From: an uncultured Candidatus Saccharibacteria bacterium
GTDB taxonomy: Bacteria > Patescibacteriota > Doudnabacteria > UBA920
DNA length: 64,000 nt
Direction of reading: 5' to 3'
Assembly (NCBI GenBank): GCA_964597895.1
Contig: CAZQZS010000004.1
Coordinates: 10,955 to 74,954 of the forward strand
In this document: positions 36,107-45,172 of the stretch, one piece after another
How positions within the stretch are numbered: the stretch's first letter is position 1
Layout of the letters: the number at the start of each line of letters is the position of its first letter
The notes under the pieces: generated by a model
What the model was told of the DNA's origin: nothing
Databases searched by the model: none
What the model saw: only the letters and a program-made list of their open reading frames with translations
Made by a program: the position numbers and the translations under genes

Positions 36107-37749
36107 GGGATATGAAACTTTTAATCACCGGCGGCGCCGGCTTTATTGGTAGCAATTTTGTTAGGTTTTGGCGCAAAAACCACCCCGAAGACCAAATTAC
36201 AGTTTTGGATAAATTAACTTATGCCGGAAACCTAAAATCTCTTGAAAGTGTTATTCACGAAATTGAATTCATTCAAGGCGACATCGCTAATCCTGAGACT
36301 GTAAAGATGGCCATGACTGGGGCAGATATGGTTGTGCATTTTGCCGCCGAGACCCATGTGGATCGCAGCATTCATGACCCATTCATTTTTACAAAAACCA
36401 ACAATTTGGGGACACATGTTCTTCTGGAAACCGCCCGCCAGCTTGGTGTAAAAAGGTTCCATCATATTTCTACAGACGAAGTCTTTGGCCAAATTCCTCT
36501 AGAAGAAAGCTGGCAATTCAATGAACAGACCCATTATCAGCCAAGCAGCCCTTACTCTGCCAGCAAAGCCGGCAGCGACCATATGGTGCGTGCCTATCAC
36601 CATACCTATGGCTTGCCAGTCACCATCAGCAACTGCAGCAATAACTTTGGGCCGTTTCATCATCCGGAAAAATTTATCCCCCGCTCAATTATCCGACTAC
36701 TGCTAGGACAAAACATCCGTCTCTATATTCCTGGCAATCAAGTGCGTGATTGGCTGCACGTTGAAGATCACTGCCGAGCCATTGAAGCAATTCTCCTGAA
36801 AGGCAAAGTCGGAGAAACTTACAACATTGGCGGCATGGCTAAAGGCATCAGTAATTTAGAAGTAGCTAAAAAAATCTTAGCCATTTTAAGATTACCCGAC
36901 GAGAGAATTGAATTAGTTACTGATCGGCCTGGTCATGATGTTAAATATGATATTGACTGGAGTAAAATCCACCGCGAACTCGGCTGGTCTCCTTTGCACA
37001 GTTTTGACGAATGGCTGGTAGAGACTGTTCGTTGGTATCAGGATAACGAAACATGGTGGCAGCCGCTTGTAGAAGAAACAGAAGCTTTCTATGAATCGCG
37101 TGGCGAAAAAGTTTTATTCCCTGTCATGGTAAATCAAAATTTAGAAACCATTACTCCTGCACAGCCAGTAGTATTTACCACACCGCAGACCACAGTTTTA
37201 CCTACTACAACAAGTAAAACTTTTGATTATATTATTGAAACCAGCCTTCCTGGCGTATTAATAATTGAACGTCCGACGTATGCGGATGACCGCGGGTTTT
37301 TTAGAGAAACGTTCCGCAAGCAAGACTTGGAAGAGCGGTTAGGCATCCACCTTAATTTTGTGCAGGCCAATCACTCGCGCTCCAGCAAAGGAACTTTGCG
37401 AGGCATCCACATCGCGCCGTGGCACAAACTAATTTCGGTTGCCAATGGCGAGGTGCAAGCAGTTTTGGTTGATGTGCGAAAAGATTCGCCCACCTTTGGT
37501 CAACACCTCTCGCTAATTTTAAGTGATAAACACCCGCGCAGCATTTTTGTCCCAGCAGGTGTCGGCAATTCATTCCTGGTCCTCAGCGGACACGCAGACT
37601 ATACCTACACCACGACTGACTACTGGGCGCCAAACATGGAACGCAATCTGCTGTATAACGATCCCGAGCTTGGCATCAACTGGCTTACCGAAAACCCACA
37701 CCTCTCAGACAAAGATCAAAATAATCCTACTTTAAAGGAACTGCTTTAA
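36103..37749 (+). CDS. rfbB: fused dTDP-glucose 4,6-dehydratase / dTDP-4-dehydrorhamnose 3,5-epimerase
   Basis: N-terminal SDR (TGGAGFIGSNF) over the first 330 aa, consistent with RfbB. C-terminal roughly 180 aa has RfbC cupin motifs (RGIHIAPWHKLISVANGEVQAVLVDVRKDSPTFGQ). Thr/Pro linker between. Confidence 0.85.
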   Translation: MRDMKLLITGGAGFIGSNFVRFWRKNHPEDQITVLDKLTYAGNLKSLESVIHEIEFIQGDIANPETVKMAMTGADMVVHFAAETHVDRSIHDPFIFTKTNNLGTHVLLETARQLGVKRFHHISTDEVFGQIPLEESWQFNEQTHYQPSSPYSASKAGSDHMVRAYHHTYGLPVTISNCSNNFGPFHHPEKFIPRSIIRLLLGQNIRLYIPGNQVRDWLHVEDHCRAIEAILLKGKVGETYNIGGMAKGISNLEVAKKILAILRLPDERIELVTDRPGHDVKYDIDWSKIHRELGWSPLHSFDEWLVETVRWYQDNETWWQPLVEETEAFYESRGEKVLFPVMVNQNLETITPAQPVVFTTPQTTVLPTTTSKTFDYIIETSLPGVLIIERPTYADDRGFFRETFRKQDLEERLGIHLNFVQANHSRSSKGTLRGIHIAPWHKLISVANGEVQAVLVDVRKDSPTFGQHLSLILSDKHPRSIFVPAGVGNSFLVLSGHADYTYTTTDYWAPNMERNLLYNDPELGINWLTENPHLSDKDQNNPTLKELL

Positions 37750-38582
37750 TGCAAACATATTTAATCATTGGACATCTAGGCACTTTAGGAAATGAGTTCA
37801 GAGAATTATTAAATGGCCAAGAACTGTTGCTTGCTGATCGCAGTGAGCTGGATATAACCGATCCTAATTCAGTTGCACAGTATTTCTCCGCGCAGAAACC
37901 TGATGTGGTAATCAACTGTGCAGCTTACACCAACGTAGACGGCGCAGAAACAGATTACAATTCTGCTTTGCTGGTCAATGCCACCGCGCTAAAATTCCTG
38001 AGCGAAAACTGTAACAAAGCCGGCGCCACACTCATTCACTTCAGCACTGGGATGGTTTTCTTAGGCGAAGATCCGAACGGCTATAATGAAGACGATGCAA
38101 CTGACCCGATCAATAGATATGGTGAAAGTAAACTCCAAGGCGAAAAAATTATCCAAGCCACAGCCGAGCACTACTATATAATCCGCACCGAATGGCTCTA
38201 CGGCAAACCCCAGTCCAGTGATGCCAAAAAAAGCTTTGTTGAAATTATGCTGAATTTAGGGCACACTGGTAAAGTTAAAGCTGTGAATGATGAGCATGGC
38301 AAACCGACCTGGGCCAAAGACCTAGCCATGGCAACTCTGGCACTTATTGACTCCAAAGCTCAAAACGGCATTTACCATCTGATCAACGAAGGTTCAGCCT
38401 CCCGAGAAGATTGGACCCGTGAAATTTACAAGCTCAGAGGCATGGACGTTGAAATTGAATCCGTACCAGGAACAACCTTCCCCCGCCCAGCCAAGCGTCC
38501 TGAATTTGAACTGCTCAACAACACCAAACTGCCCAAGCTCAGAACTTGGCAGGCAGCCTTAAAAGAATATTTAAACTCGTAA
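37749..38582 (+). CDS. rfbD: dTDP-4-dehydrorhamnose reductase
   Basis: 277-aa SDR-like protein. Operon position and overall RfbD-like architecture. Confidence 0.8.
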   Translation: MQTYLIIGHLGTLGNEFRELLNGQELLLADRSELDITDPNSVAQYFSAQKPDVVINCAAYTNVDGAETDYNSALLVNATALKFLSENCNKAGATLIHFSTGMVFLGEDPNGYNEDDATDPINRYGESKLQGEKIIQATAEHYYIIRTEWLYGKPQSSDAKKSFVEIMLNLGHTGKVKAVNDEHGKPTWAKDLAMATLALIDSKAQNGIYHLINEGSASREDWTREIYKLRGMDVEIESVPGTTFPRPAKRPEFELLNNTKLPKLRTWQAALKEYLNS

Positions 38583-38585
38583 CTC

Positions 38586-39317
38586 ATGAAGGGTATTGTC
38601 TTATCCGGCGGCTCCGGCACACGGCTCCGCCCCTTAACCAAAGTAACATCAAAGCAGCTTTTGCCGATTTACAACAAACCGATGGTTTTTTACCCTATCG
38701 AAAAAATGCTGAATGCGGGCATTAAAGAGATCTTAATCATCGTGGCGCCTGACCACTGCGGCGACTTTATGAAAGTCCTCGGCAGCGGTAAGGACTTCGG
38801 ACCTGGCGTTCGCTTCACTTACGAAATCCAAGATAAGCCTGACGGAATCGCCCAGGCATTCGTGATCGGCGAAAATTTCCTTGATGACGGCGATAATGTA
38901 GTGCTCATTCTTGGCGACAACTTATTTGACGCTGAAATCACTGAGGCAGTACAGAACTTCAAATCTGGCGCGCACATTTTTGTCCGCGAAGTCCCCGAAG
39001 AAGACCGCAGCCGTTTAGGCATCGCCGAGCTTGATAAGAACAATAAAGTTTTAAGTATTGAAGAAAAACCTGAGCAGCCAAAATCTCCCTATGCAGTCAC
39101 TGGTATCTATATCTATGACGGTCAAGTTGTTGAAGCTGCCAAGAGCCTACAACCATCAGGCCGCCAGGAATATGAAATCACTGACTTGAATAATTGGTAT
39201 CTGGAACGCGACCAGCTCTCTGCTTCTGTACTCAAAGGCGAATGGATTGATGCCGGCACGTTTGAAAGTTACTACCAAGCCAACCAATGGGCTTACAATA
39301 AAGAAAACAAAAATTAG
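38586..39317 (+). CDS. rfbA: glucose-1-phosphate thymidylyltransferase (short form)
   Basis: GIVLSGGSGTRLRPLT...LLPIYNKPMVFYPIE signature. Confidence 0.9.
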   Translation: MKGIVLSGGSGTRLRPLTKVTSKQLLPIYNKPMVFYPIEKMLNAGIKEILIIVAPDHCGDFMKVLGSGKDFGPGVRFTYEIQDKPDGIAQAFVIGENFLDDGDNVVLILGDNLFDAEITEAVQNFKSGAHIFVREVPEEDRSRLGIAELDKNNKVLSIEEKPEQPKSPYAVTGIYIYDGQVVEAAKSLQPSGRQEYEITDLNNWYLERDQLSASVLKGEWIDAGTFESYYQANQWAYNKENKN

Positions 39318-39322
39318 TTTTA

Positions 39323-39349
39323 AATCCCCGCCTGACGGCGGGGTTTTGC
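39323..39349 (+). terminator. rho-independent terminator after rfbA
   Basis: CCCCGCC-tgac-GGCGGGG followed by TTTT. Confidence 0.75.
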
Positions 39350-39355
39350 GTATAG

Positions 39356-39446
39356 AACGGGCATTATTTTGCCAGCTCAAGCCGATGGGCTACGCTGCTT
39401 CACAGGCTGGGCCCAGAGCCTTTCGCTTAGCAAAATAATGCCCGTT
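39356..39446. repeat. perfect 17-bp inverted repeat (AACGGGCATTATTTTGC / GCAAAATAATGCCCGTT) enclosing a 57-nt GC-rich spacer
   Basis: Read directly from the sequence. Lies between the rfbA and rplU terminators. Confidence 0.7.
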
Positions 39447-39463
39447 ATTAAAGTTGGGAAAAA

Positions 39464-39487
39464 GAATAAAAAAACTGCTTACGCAGT
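39464..39487 (-). terminator. rho-independent terminator after rplU
   Basis: CTGC-gtaa-GCAG hairpin followed by T7 on the minus strand, 3 nt after the rplU stop. Confidence 0.6.
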
Positions 39488-39489
39488 TT

Positions 39490-39798
39490 TTAAATTTTTG
39501 TTATCTCTACTTCAGTGTAGGCTTGGCGATGGCCAATCTTGCGGCGGTACTTGCTTTTTGGCTTGTACTTTAGGACTTCGATTTTTTTGCCGCGACCTTG
39601 TTTAGTGATTTTAGCTTCAACACTAGAATCCTTTAAGCTTGGCTTGCCGAGTTGGTAGTCTTTGTCGGAGATAGTTGCGAGGACTTGGTCAAAAGTGACT
39701 TTGTCGCCGGCCTTGCCTTCTAACTTCTCTACCTGAATTTTGTCGCCTTTAGCAACCAAATACTGTTTGCCGCCGGTCGCAATTACTGCAAATGACAT
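39490..39798 (-). CDS. rplU: 50S ribosomal protein L21
   Basis: MSFAVIATGGKQYLVAKGDKIQVEKL... L21 signature; 102 aa. Confidence 0.9.
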   Translation of the reverse strand: MSFAVIATGGKQYLVAKGDKIQVEKLEGKAGDKVTFDQVLATISDKDYQLGKPSLKDSSVEAKITKQGRGKKIEVLKYKPKSKYRRKIGHRQAYTEVEITKI

Positions 39799-39920
39799 AT
39801 AAATAAAGATTTAAAATCTATTAATTTCTGGATCGCCGCCTTCGCGGGGACGACTTCGTCGAATTAAATACCCCGTAATTCTAACGAACTACGGGGTTTT
39901 TGTCAATTGAATGACTGAGA

Positions 39921-40289
39921 TTATTTTCCTGCAGCTTTGACTTTTAAGCCGTGGCCAGTTAGTTGACGAAGCGTCTGATCGTAGCGAGCTTGCCTCTCCG
40001 GGCTGTACGTTTTCTCCTTTATAGAGGTGCACAACCCAAACGCAGCATTTTCTAACGCGTTATAGCCATTCTTATCCTTGCCCTTCACGTTGAGACTTGG
40101 TTGATCCAAAATCACACCAAGTATCTCTATGTTGGCCTGAAAAGCCGCGGCAGTCAAAGGGATTTTTCCATCGACTGATTTTCGATTGATGATTCCGGGA
40201 CGCTGCGCGAGCAAGACCCTCACCTCATCTACATTTTCAGTCAAAATTGCTTCCACTAACTTATCAGTAGAAGTTTTTTTCTGTATCAC
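39921..40289 (-). CDS. ankyrin-repeat protein
   Basis: Two or three ANK repeats (DGKIPLTAAAFQANIEILGVIL; NGYNALENAAFG). Confidence 0.7.
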   Translation of the reverse strand: MIQKKTSTDKLVEAILTENVDEVRVLLAQRPGIINRKSVDGKIPLTAAAFQANIEILGVILDQPSLNVKGKDKNGYNALENAAFGLCTSIKEKTYSPERQARYDQTLRQLTGHGLKVKAAGK

Positions 40290-40348
40290 TTAATTAATAT
40301 CCTCCTGTAGTTCTAAAATCACACAGACCCTATGTTAGCAAACAGAAC

Positions 40349-41416
40349 TTACACTGTCAACGATTCAGCACGTTTTTTGCGGCGGTATGCATAAATCACG
40401 CCTAAGATCAGAGTTGCCATCAAGCCAAATAAAATAATCAACGCCACCAGCTTCCCCATGCTTTGCAGAAAGACTGCAGTAAATCCAAACACAGCGGAAA
40501 TCGCGTATAAAATTAGTGCGGTTTGCTTCTGAGTAAATCCCAAGTCCAAAAGCTTAAAGTGCAAATGCAGTCTATCCCCAATGAACGGACTCTTTCCATT
40601 ATAAAGTCTTTGCAAAATCACCCAAGCCACATCCAAAATTGGAATTCCCATTACCAACAGGGCTGTGGCTATTTTTCCGCCTGTGATTACAGATAGTACG
40701 CCGAGCACAAAACCAATCAGCAAGCTGCCGCCTTCTCCCAAAAAGATGCTGGCAGGGTTGAAAGCATAAAACAAATAGCCTGCCAAAGCGCCAACTAAAA
40801 TTATCGCTAAGGTAGCTGTAATCGGCTGATTAACCTGTTCGGTTAGAGACAGAGCAAAAAGCGTTAAGCCGGCAATCAAGCCAATCCCCGCTACCAATCC
40901 ATCTAGTCCATCCAAGAACTTAGTAGTAAACATCATGCCGAGCATCCACAAAAAAATAAAAATCCCAGAAGCCGGCAAGCCAAGAACTAGAAAGTCCAAG
41001 CTAATCGGATCGCCAAATGGATTAGAAATAAATTTTATCCCAACGCCAATCCCTGCCAGCACTACGACTAGAGCGGCTAGAGCAGGTGCAATCCATAAAT
41101 ATTTCGCAGGCAGATCATACTTGTCGTCAATCGCCCCGCCAATTGTCAAGATTAAACAGCCACCTAAAATTGCCAGCACAAATTGCTCGGGCACGATATT
41201 AAAATCAATGCCGCCAGAAACCCAGAATACCAACACAGAAATTGTGATACTGGCAAACACCGCCACGCCGCCCAGCTTTGCAACTGGATAAGCGTGAAGG
41301 TTGCGGGGTGGCCGCGGCAAATCAACAAAGCCTTTGCTGTGAGCGAGCCTGCGCACTACTGGGGTAACCAGCATTGCCAAGGAACCTGCTAGGATAAAAA
41401 ACAGTACGTACCACAT
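40349..41416 (-). CDS. polyprenyl-phosphate N-acetylhexosamine-1-phosphate transferase (WecA/TagO/MraY family)
   Basis: 10-11 TM helices. NxxNxxDGxDGL-type motif (KFLDGLDGLVAGIG). Confidence 0.7.
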   Translation of the reverse strand: MWYVLFFILAGSLAMLVTPVVRRLAHSKGFVDLPRPPRNLHAYPVAKLGGVAVFASITISVLVFWVSGGIDFNIVPEQFVLAILGGCLILTIGGAIDDKYDLPAKYLWIAPALAALVVVLAGIGVGIKFISNPFGDPISLDFLVLGLPASGIFIFLWMLGMMFTTKFLDGLDGLVAGIGLIAGLTLFALSLTEQVNQPITATLAIILVGALAGYLFYAFNPASIFLGEGGSLLIGFVLGVLSVITGGKIATALLVMGIPILDVAWVILQRLYNGKSPFIGDRLHLHFKLLDLGFTQKQTALILYAISAVFGFTAVFLQSMGKLVALIILFGLMATLILGVIYAYRRKKRAESLTV

Positions 41417-43074
41417 CAGCCTTTGACCCCTTTCATTTCTTTCATACTGCCTGCTGTCACCTCGCCCTTGCGAGCTTTAGGAGTAACCCAAAATTCTAAA
41501 TACTTACCAAGCATCAGCCTAGTCTGCGCCTCAATCGCGGGCAACGACCCAAAGACGACGGAGACAAATGGCACCAGGAACCACTGCAAATACATCATCA
41601 CGCTACGAGTCCATCTGTATTTGGCAGGTCGCGGTGGAAGTAAAACTAAATTGATATAAACACTAAAAATCAAAAATCCTGTGGCAATTGTCATTAAGAC
41701 GCGAGTCACTTCCGGCAAATTATAACCAATCACGCTTTGACGGAACTCCGGCCCACCAATGAATAATGGCAACCAACCCAAAACAGAAATCAGCAAACTG
41801 GCAGTTGCCCAATTAAAATTACCTTCTACATACTGAAACAACCTGTACAGGCGGCTACGTAAAGGCGCCTCACTCTTTAACAGTTTTGGAATCAGATGTG
41901 GGTAATACTCAACATTGTAAGCCCAGCGCTTTTTTTGTTTATACTGATTTTTAAGCGTTTGCCAAAATGTGTCCGCTAAACAAGTATCTAACGAGATAGG
42001 AATAAACAACGGCACAACTTCATAATCGCCCTTGTAATGCAAATAGCACTGCCAATAAATAAAGCCGTCCTCGTTGATAATATCTTTCTTCCAAAAGCCG
42101 ACCTCTACCAGTGTTTTGAGCGGCATAGAGTGGGAGGAAAAAGTACGCAAACGATTTGGGCGAGAGCTTTCTGTAAACTGCCAAAAAGAATTTGACACCG
42201 AGACCACGCGAATGAACGCAGGACTGTCCCAGATGTTGTTATTGTAAATGGCAATCGGCTGATAGCTGCGACGGTAAGGCTTTTCGTTGGTTAGAAACTC
42301 ATACATCACGCGCGCAAAATATTGAGGGTGCACAATTGTGTCGCTATCTAAATTGGAAACCAAAACATCTTCTTGTTTAATCCCCAGCTTCTCTAATTCT
42401 GGCAGCAAGGATGAGACTGCGAAGCTAGCGTTAGCGCTTTTACCTTTAATCTCGCCTGGCAAGCCATCGGGATGAACTGTCACATAAGTCTTAAAAAAGA
42501 TGTTGCCAAATTCTGCCTGCGCGGTCGCTGCGGTTCGCGCAGCGGCTTCGCCAGCACGTTCCTCACTAGCCAACACCAAAATCAAGCGGTCCTTTGGATA
42601 TTCCGCTTCAGCCAAAGCTTCAATAGTAGACTTTAACACCAGATAACTTTCATCTACGAATGGCACAACCATAAGATGATAAAAATTCCTATAATCGCGA
42701 TGAATCACGCCATTATCAATCGGTTTCTTGAGCCGAGCGATTTGCTGTGTGTAGATTTTTCTTTCCAAGCGCTTTTTGCTTTGCGCGCGACGCTGTTCTA
42801 GCAATGGAATCAGCTTTTCTCTATCAGTTAGCTGTTCAACAAGTTCAAGCCAATCCCAAGTGACATAGATCCGAAACCGACGGTAGCTGGCAATCAAATG
42901 GCTGGCCACATTCAAAGCCTTTAGCACCCAGTACAAGTCAAAACAGACAATAAACACAGCGGCCCAGACTGGGCGGAAGTATGATAAGGCAATCGCACCA
43001 AAAAAGACTGTCCAAAAGGACAGACCAGGAATCATTTCCCATAATCTTTCTCTGGTGGTTCGTTTTCTAAACAT
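41416..43074 (-). CDS. processive family-2 membrane glycosyltransferase (cellulose/chitin-synthase-like)
   Basis: GT-A core with DxD (NLDSDT) and the processive Q-x-x-R-W motif (QKKRWAYN). Flanking TM helices. Confidence 0.7.
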   Translation of the reverse strand: MFRKRTTRERLWEMIPGLSFWTVFFGAIALSYFRPVWAAVFIVCFDLYWVLKALNVASHLIASYRRFRIYVTWDWLELVEQLTDREKLIPLLEQRRAQSKKRLERKIYTQQIARLKKPIDNGVIHRDYRNFYHLMVVPFVDESYLVLKSTIEALAEAEYPKDRLILVLASEERAGEAAARTAATAQAEFGNIFFKTYVTVHPDGLPGEIKGKSANASFAVSSLLPELEKLGIKQEDVLVSNLDSDTIVHPQYFARVMYEFLTNEKPYRRSYQPIAIYNNNIWDSPAFIRVVSVSNSFWQFTESSRPNRLRTFSSHSMPLKTLVEVGFWKKDIINEDGFIYWQCYLHYKGDYEVVPLFIPISLDTCLADTFWQTLKNQYKQKKRWAYNVEYYPHLIPKLLKSEAPLRSRLYRLFQYVEGNFNWATASLLISVLGWLPLFIGGPEFRQSVIGYNLPEVTRVLMTIATGFLIFSVYINLVLLPPRPAKYRWTRSVMMYLQWFLVPFVSVVFGSLPAIEAQTRLMLGKYLEFWVTPKARKGEVTAGSMKEMKGVKG

Positions 43075-43490
43075 TAGTTTACTTGGAATAACAGAAGGGC
43101 TGCGAACAGCAAAATTATATTAGTAGCTAAAGTCACTGTACTAGCCAACAGCGGCAAAATCTGCTGGTTGGATTTATTTAACTTAGTTAAGACAAAATTT
43201 ACAACGCCGATTAATAATCCTGAAAGCGGCAACTGCAGTAGCTGATAACGACTGCCGATCTCGCTGACCCCAACAATAATGTTGTAACGCAGCGCCACCA
43301 CATCGGATGAGTTAACAATTTTGATGATAATCACAATCAATGTTATAATAAAAACACTAACCGAAGCAATCCAAAACAAATTAGCAATTCGGAGGAATTG
43401 CTGTTTGCTCAAAGGAGTAGTATGGGCGGTTTGTGATAAATCACTCATATTGTTGCGTATATTATAGCAATATTTTAGACAAAGCAACAT
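43074..43490 (-). CDS. hypothetical small membrane protein
   Basis: 138-aa ORF with 3-4 hydrophobic helices. Start probably at the internal Met (MSDLSQ). Confidence 0.4.
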   Translation of the reverse strand: MLLCLKYCYNIRNNMSDLSQTAHTTPLSKQQFLRIANLFWIASVSVFIITLIVIIIKIVNSSDVVALRYNIIVGVSEIGSRYQLLQLPLSGLLIGVVNFVLTKLNKSNQQILPLLASTVTLATNIILLFAALLLFQVN

Positions 43491-43503
43491 CGGCTGTTAA
43501 TAC

Positions 43504-45171
43504 ATGACATCAATACAAAAAATCGCATTTTTGGGGATAATGATCTTAGCCATATTCTTCAGGCTATTTTTGATAGACCAACTACCTGGTGGATTATTCC
43601 CTGATGAAGCCGCAAATGGCCTAGACATCAATTCTATGCAGCAAGGCGACCTCCAGCCGTTTTATGAACGCGGCAATGGGCGCGAAGCGCTATTCTTTTA
43701 CATGATCTGGGCCAATGTGGAATTGTTTGGCAAGACCCCTTTCGCCCACCACTTAACCTCGGCGCTAGTTGGAGTTGCCGTTGTGGCTGTTACTTTCTTC
43801 CTTACCCGCCGATTAGTCTTGCTAATGGATGAAAACGGCAACAAAAACAAAGCCAATTGGATAGCCCTGTTGGCAATGCTGTTCGTAGCTACATCTAGCT
43901 GGCATATTGTGTTGTCGCGTACGGCCTTCCGTGCGAATACAATTCCCTTGTTCGCTTCGTTAACCTTTTACTTTATTATCGCTGCCGTACAAGCTCAAAC
44001 CAAAGCTAAGCGTTATTGGCTGGCGTTAGCCACTGGAGCTAGCTTTGCGCTCGGCTTCTACACTTACATCGCTTATCGTATTTTGGCACCAGTGCTGTTT
44101 ATTTTAGTACTGTGGCCGTTTGCTGTTGATATTTTGAAAACTCCGCGTTTTCAGCAAATCAAAAAATACTTTGCCCCAACTTTGCTGGCTGGTTTAGCCT
44201 TTGCAGTTGTTATTTTTCCGCTGGCTCATTATTTTTACACTCATCCGGGCTCGTTTGTGGGTCGGAGCGGTCAAGTTTCGGTATTTAATCCTGAACTTAA
44301 CCAAGGCGATCTGATTGGCACTATTCTTCAAGTTACCGGCTGGAGCATACGCGCTTATTTCTGGGACGGCGACCTTAACTGGCGCCACAATATTTCCGGC
44401 GAACCGTTTTTATCTATCATCATCTCTCCATTCTTTGCCTTGGGTACCCTATTGGTGCTGTGGTTTGCGCTACGTTACGCTATTTTGCCGCACAAACATC
44501 CTCGGGACTGGGGCTACTTCCTACTAGCAGGTTGGTTTAGCTCAATGATGCTACCAGTGATTACAACTGCTGAAGGTATTCCTCATGGCCTGCGCGCCAT
44601 CGGAACGATTCCGGTTGTCTTTATAATCACAGCCATTGGCTTATATTGGGTCGTAGAGCGAATCCAGACAATTACAAATAAATACTGGCCGATGCTGGCG
44701 GACTGGAAACAGCAGTTTATCCTTTTTTTGAAAGGCTTGTTAATTGCTAGCTTTGTAGCTGCACTAACTGGACAGGCTTATATACTTTATTTCATAAAAG
44801 CTGCTAATAGCCCAGAATATGCCTATGCCTTCCGCTCCGACTTAACTCCTGTCACCATATGGTTAAACGAAAATGGTAATAAAGACGATACCTACCTGGT
44901 GCTAGACAAATTCTCGGTACAAACCACAGACTATATGACCTTTGTAGACGGGCCAAATCCAAGCAATCCCCGCAACAACCCTTATAAGCAGATAGATCCA
45001 GAAAAAGTCGCGCAGTTCACAGGTTTCAAACCAGGAGACAAGATTGTATTCACACAATCCAGCGTTTTTGATACCAAAAAATTCAAAGAAGCTCATCCTA
45101 ACGCTTACTTGGATACAGAACAGCGCAACCAGTTTGGGCAAACCGTGTTGGCAGTTTATATCTACCGATAA
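43504..45171 (+). CDS. PMT/ArnT-family (GT39/GT83) membrane glycosyltransferase
   Basis: N-terminal TM1 followed by the DEAANG loop motif (FPDEAANGL). 12 or more TM helices. Confidence 0.7.
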   Translation: MTSIQKIAFLGIMILAIFFRLFLIDQLPGGLFPDEAANGLDINSMQQGDLQPFYERGNGREALFFYMIWANVELFGKTPFAHHLTSALVGVAVVAVTFFLTRRLVLLMDENGNKNKANWIALLAMLFVATSSWHIVLSRTAFRANTIPLFASLTFYFIIAAVQAQTKAKRYWLALATGASFALGFYTYIAYRILAPVLFILVLWPFAVDILKTPRFQQIKKYFAPTLLAGLAFAVVIFPLAHYFYTHPGSFVGRSGQVSVFNPELNQGDLIGTILQVTGWSIRAYFWDGDLNWRHNISGEPFLSIIISPFFALGTLLVLWFALRYAILPHKHPRDWGYFLLAGWFSSMMLPVITTAEGIPHGLRAIGTIPVVFIITAIGLYWVVERIQTITNKYWPMLADWKQQFILFLKGLLIASFVAALTGQAYILYFIKAANSPEYAYAFRSDLTPVTIWLNENGNKDDTYLVLDKFSVQTTDYMTFVDGPNPSNPRNNPYKQIDPEKVAQFTGFKPGDKIVFTQSSVFDTKKFKEAHPNAYLDTEQRNQFGQTVLAVYIYR

Positions 45172-45172
45172 T

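Noticed and set aside
45044-45172. Upstream extension of the second PMT-like gene to the start at 45044, as given in the ORF table.
   Set aside because: The extension overlaps the last 43 codons of the preceding gene in another frame. An ATG 2 nt after that gene's stop gives a protein starting with a typical TM1.
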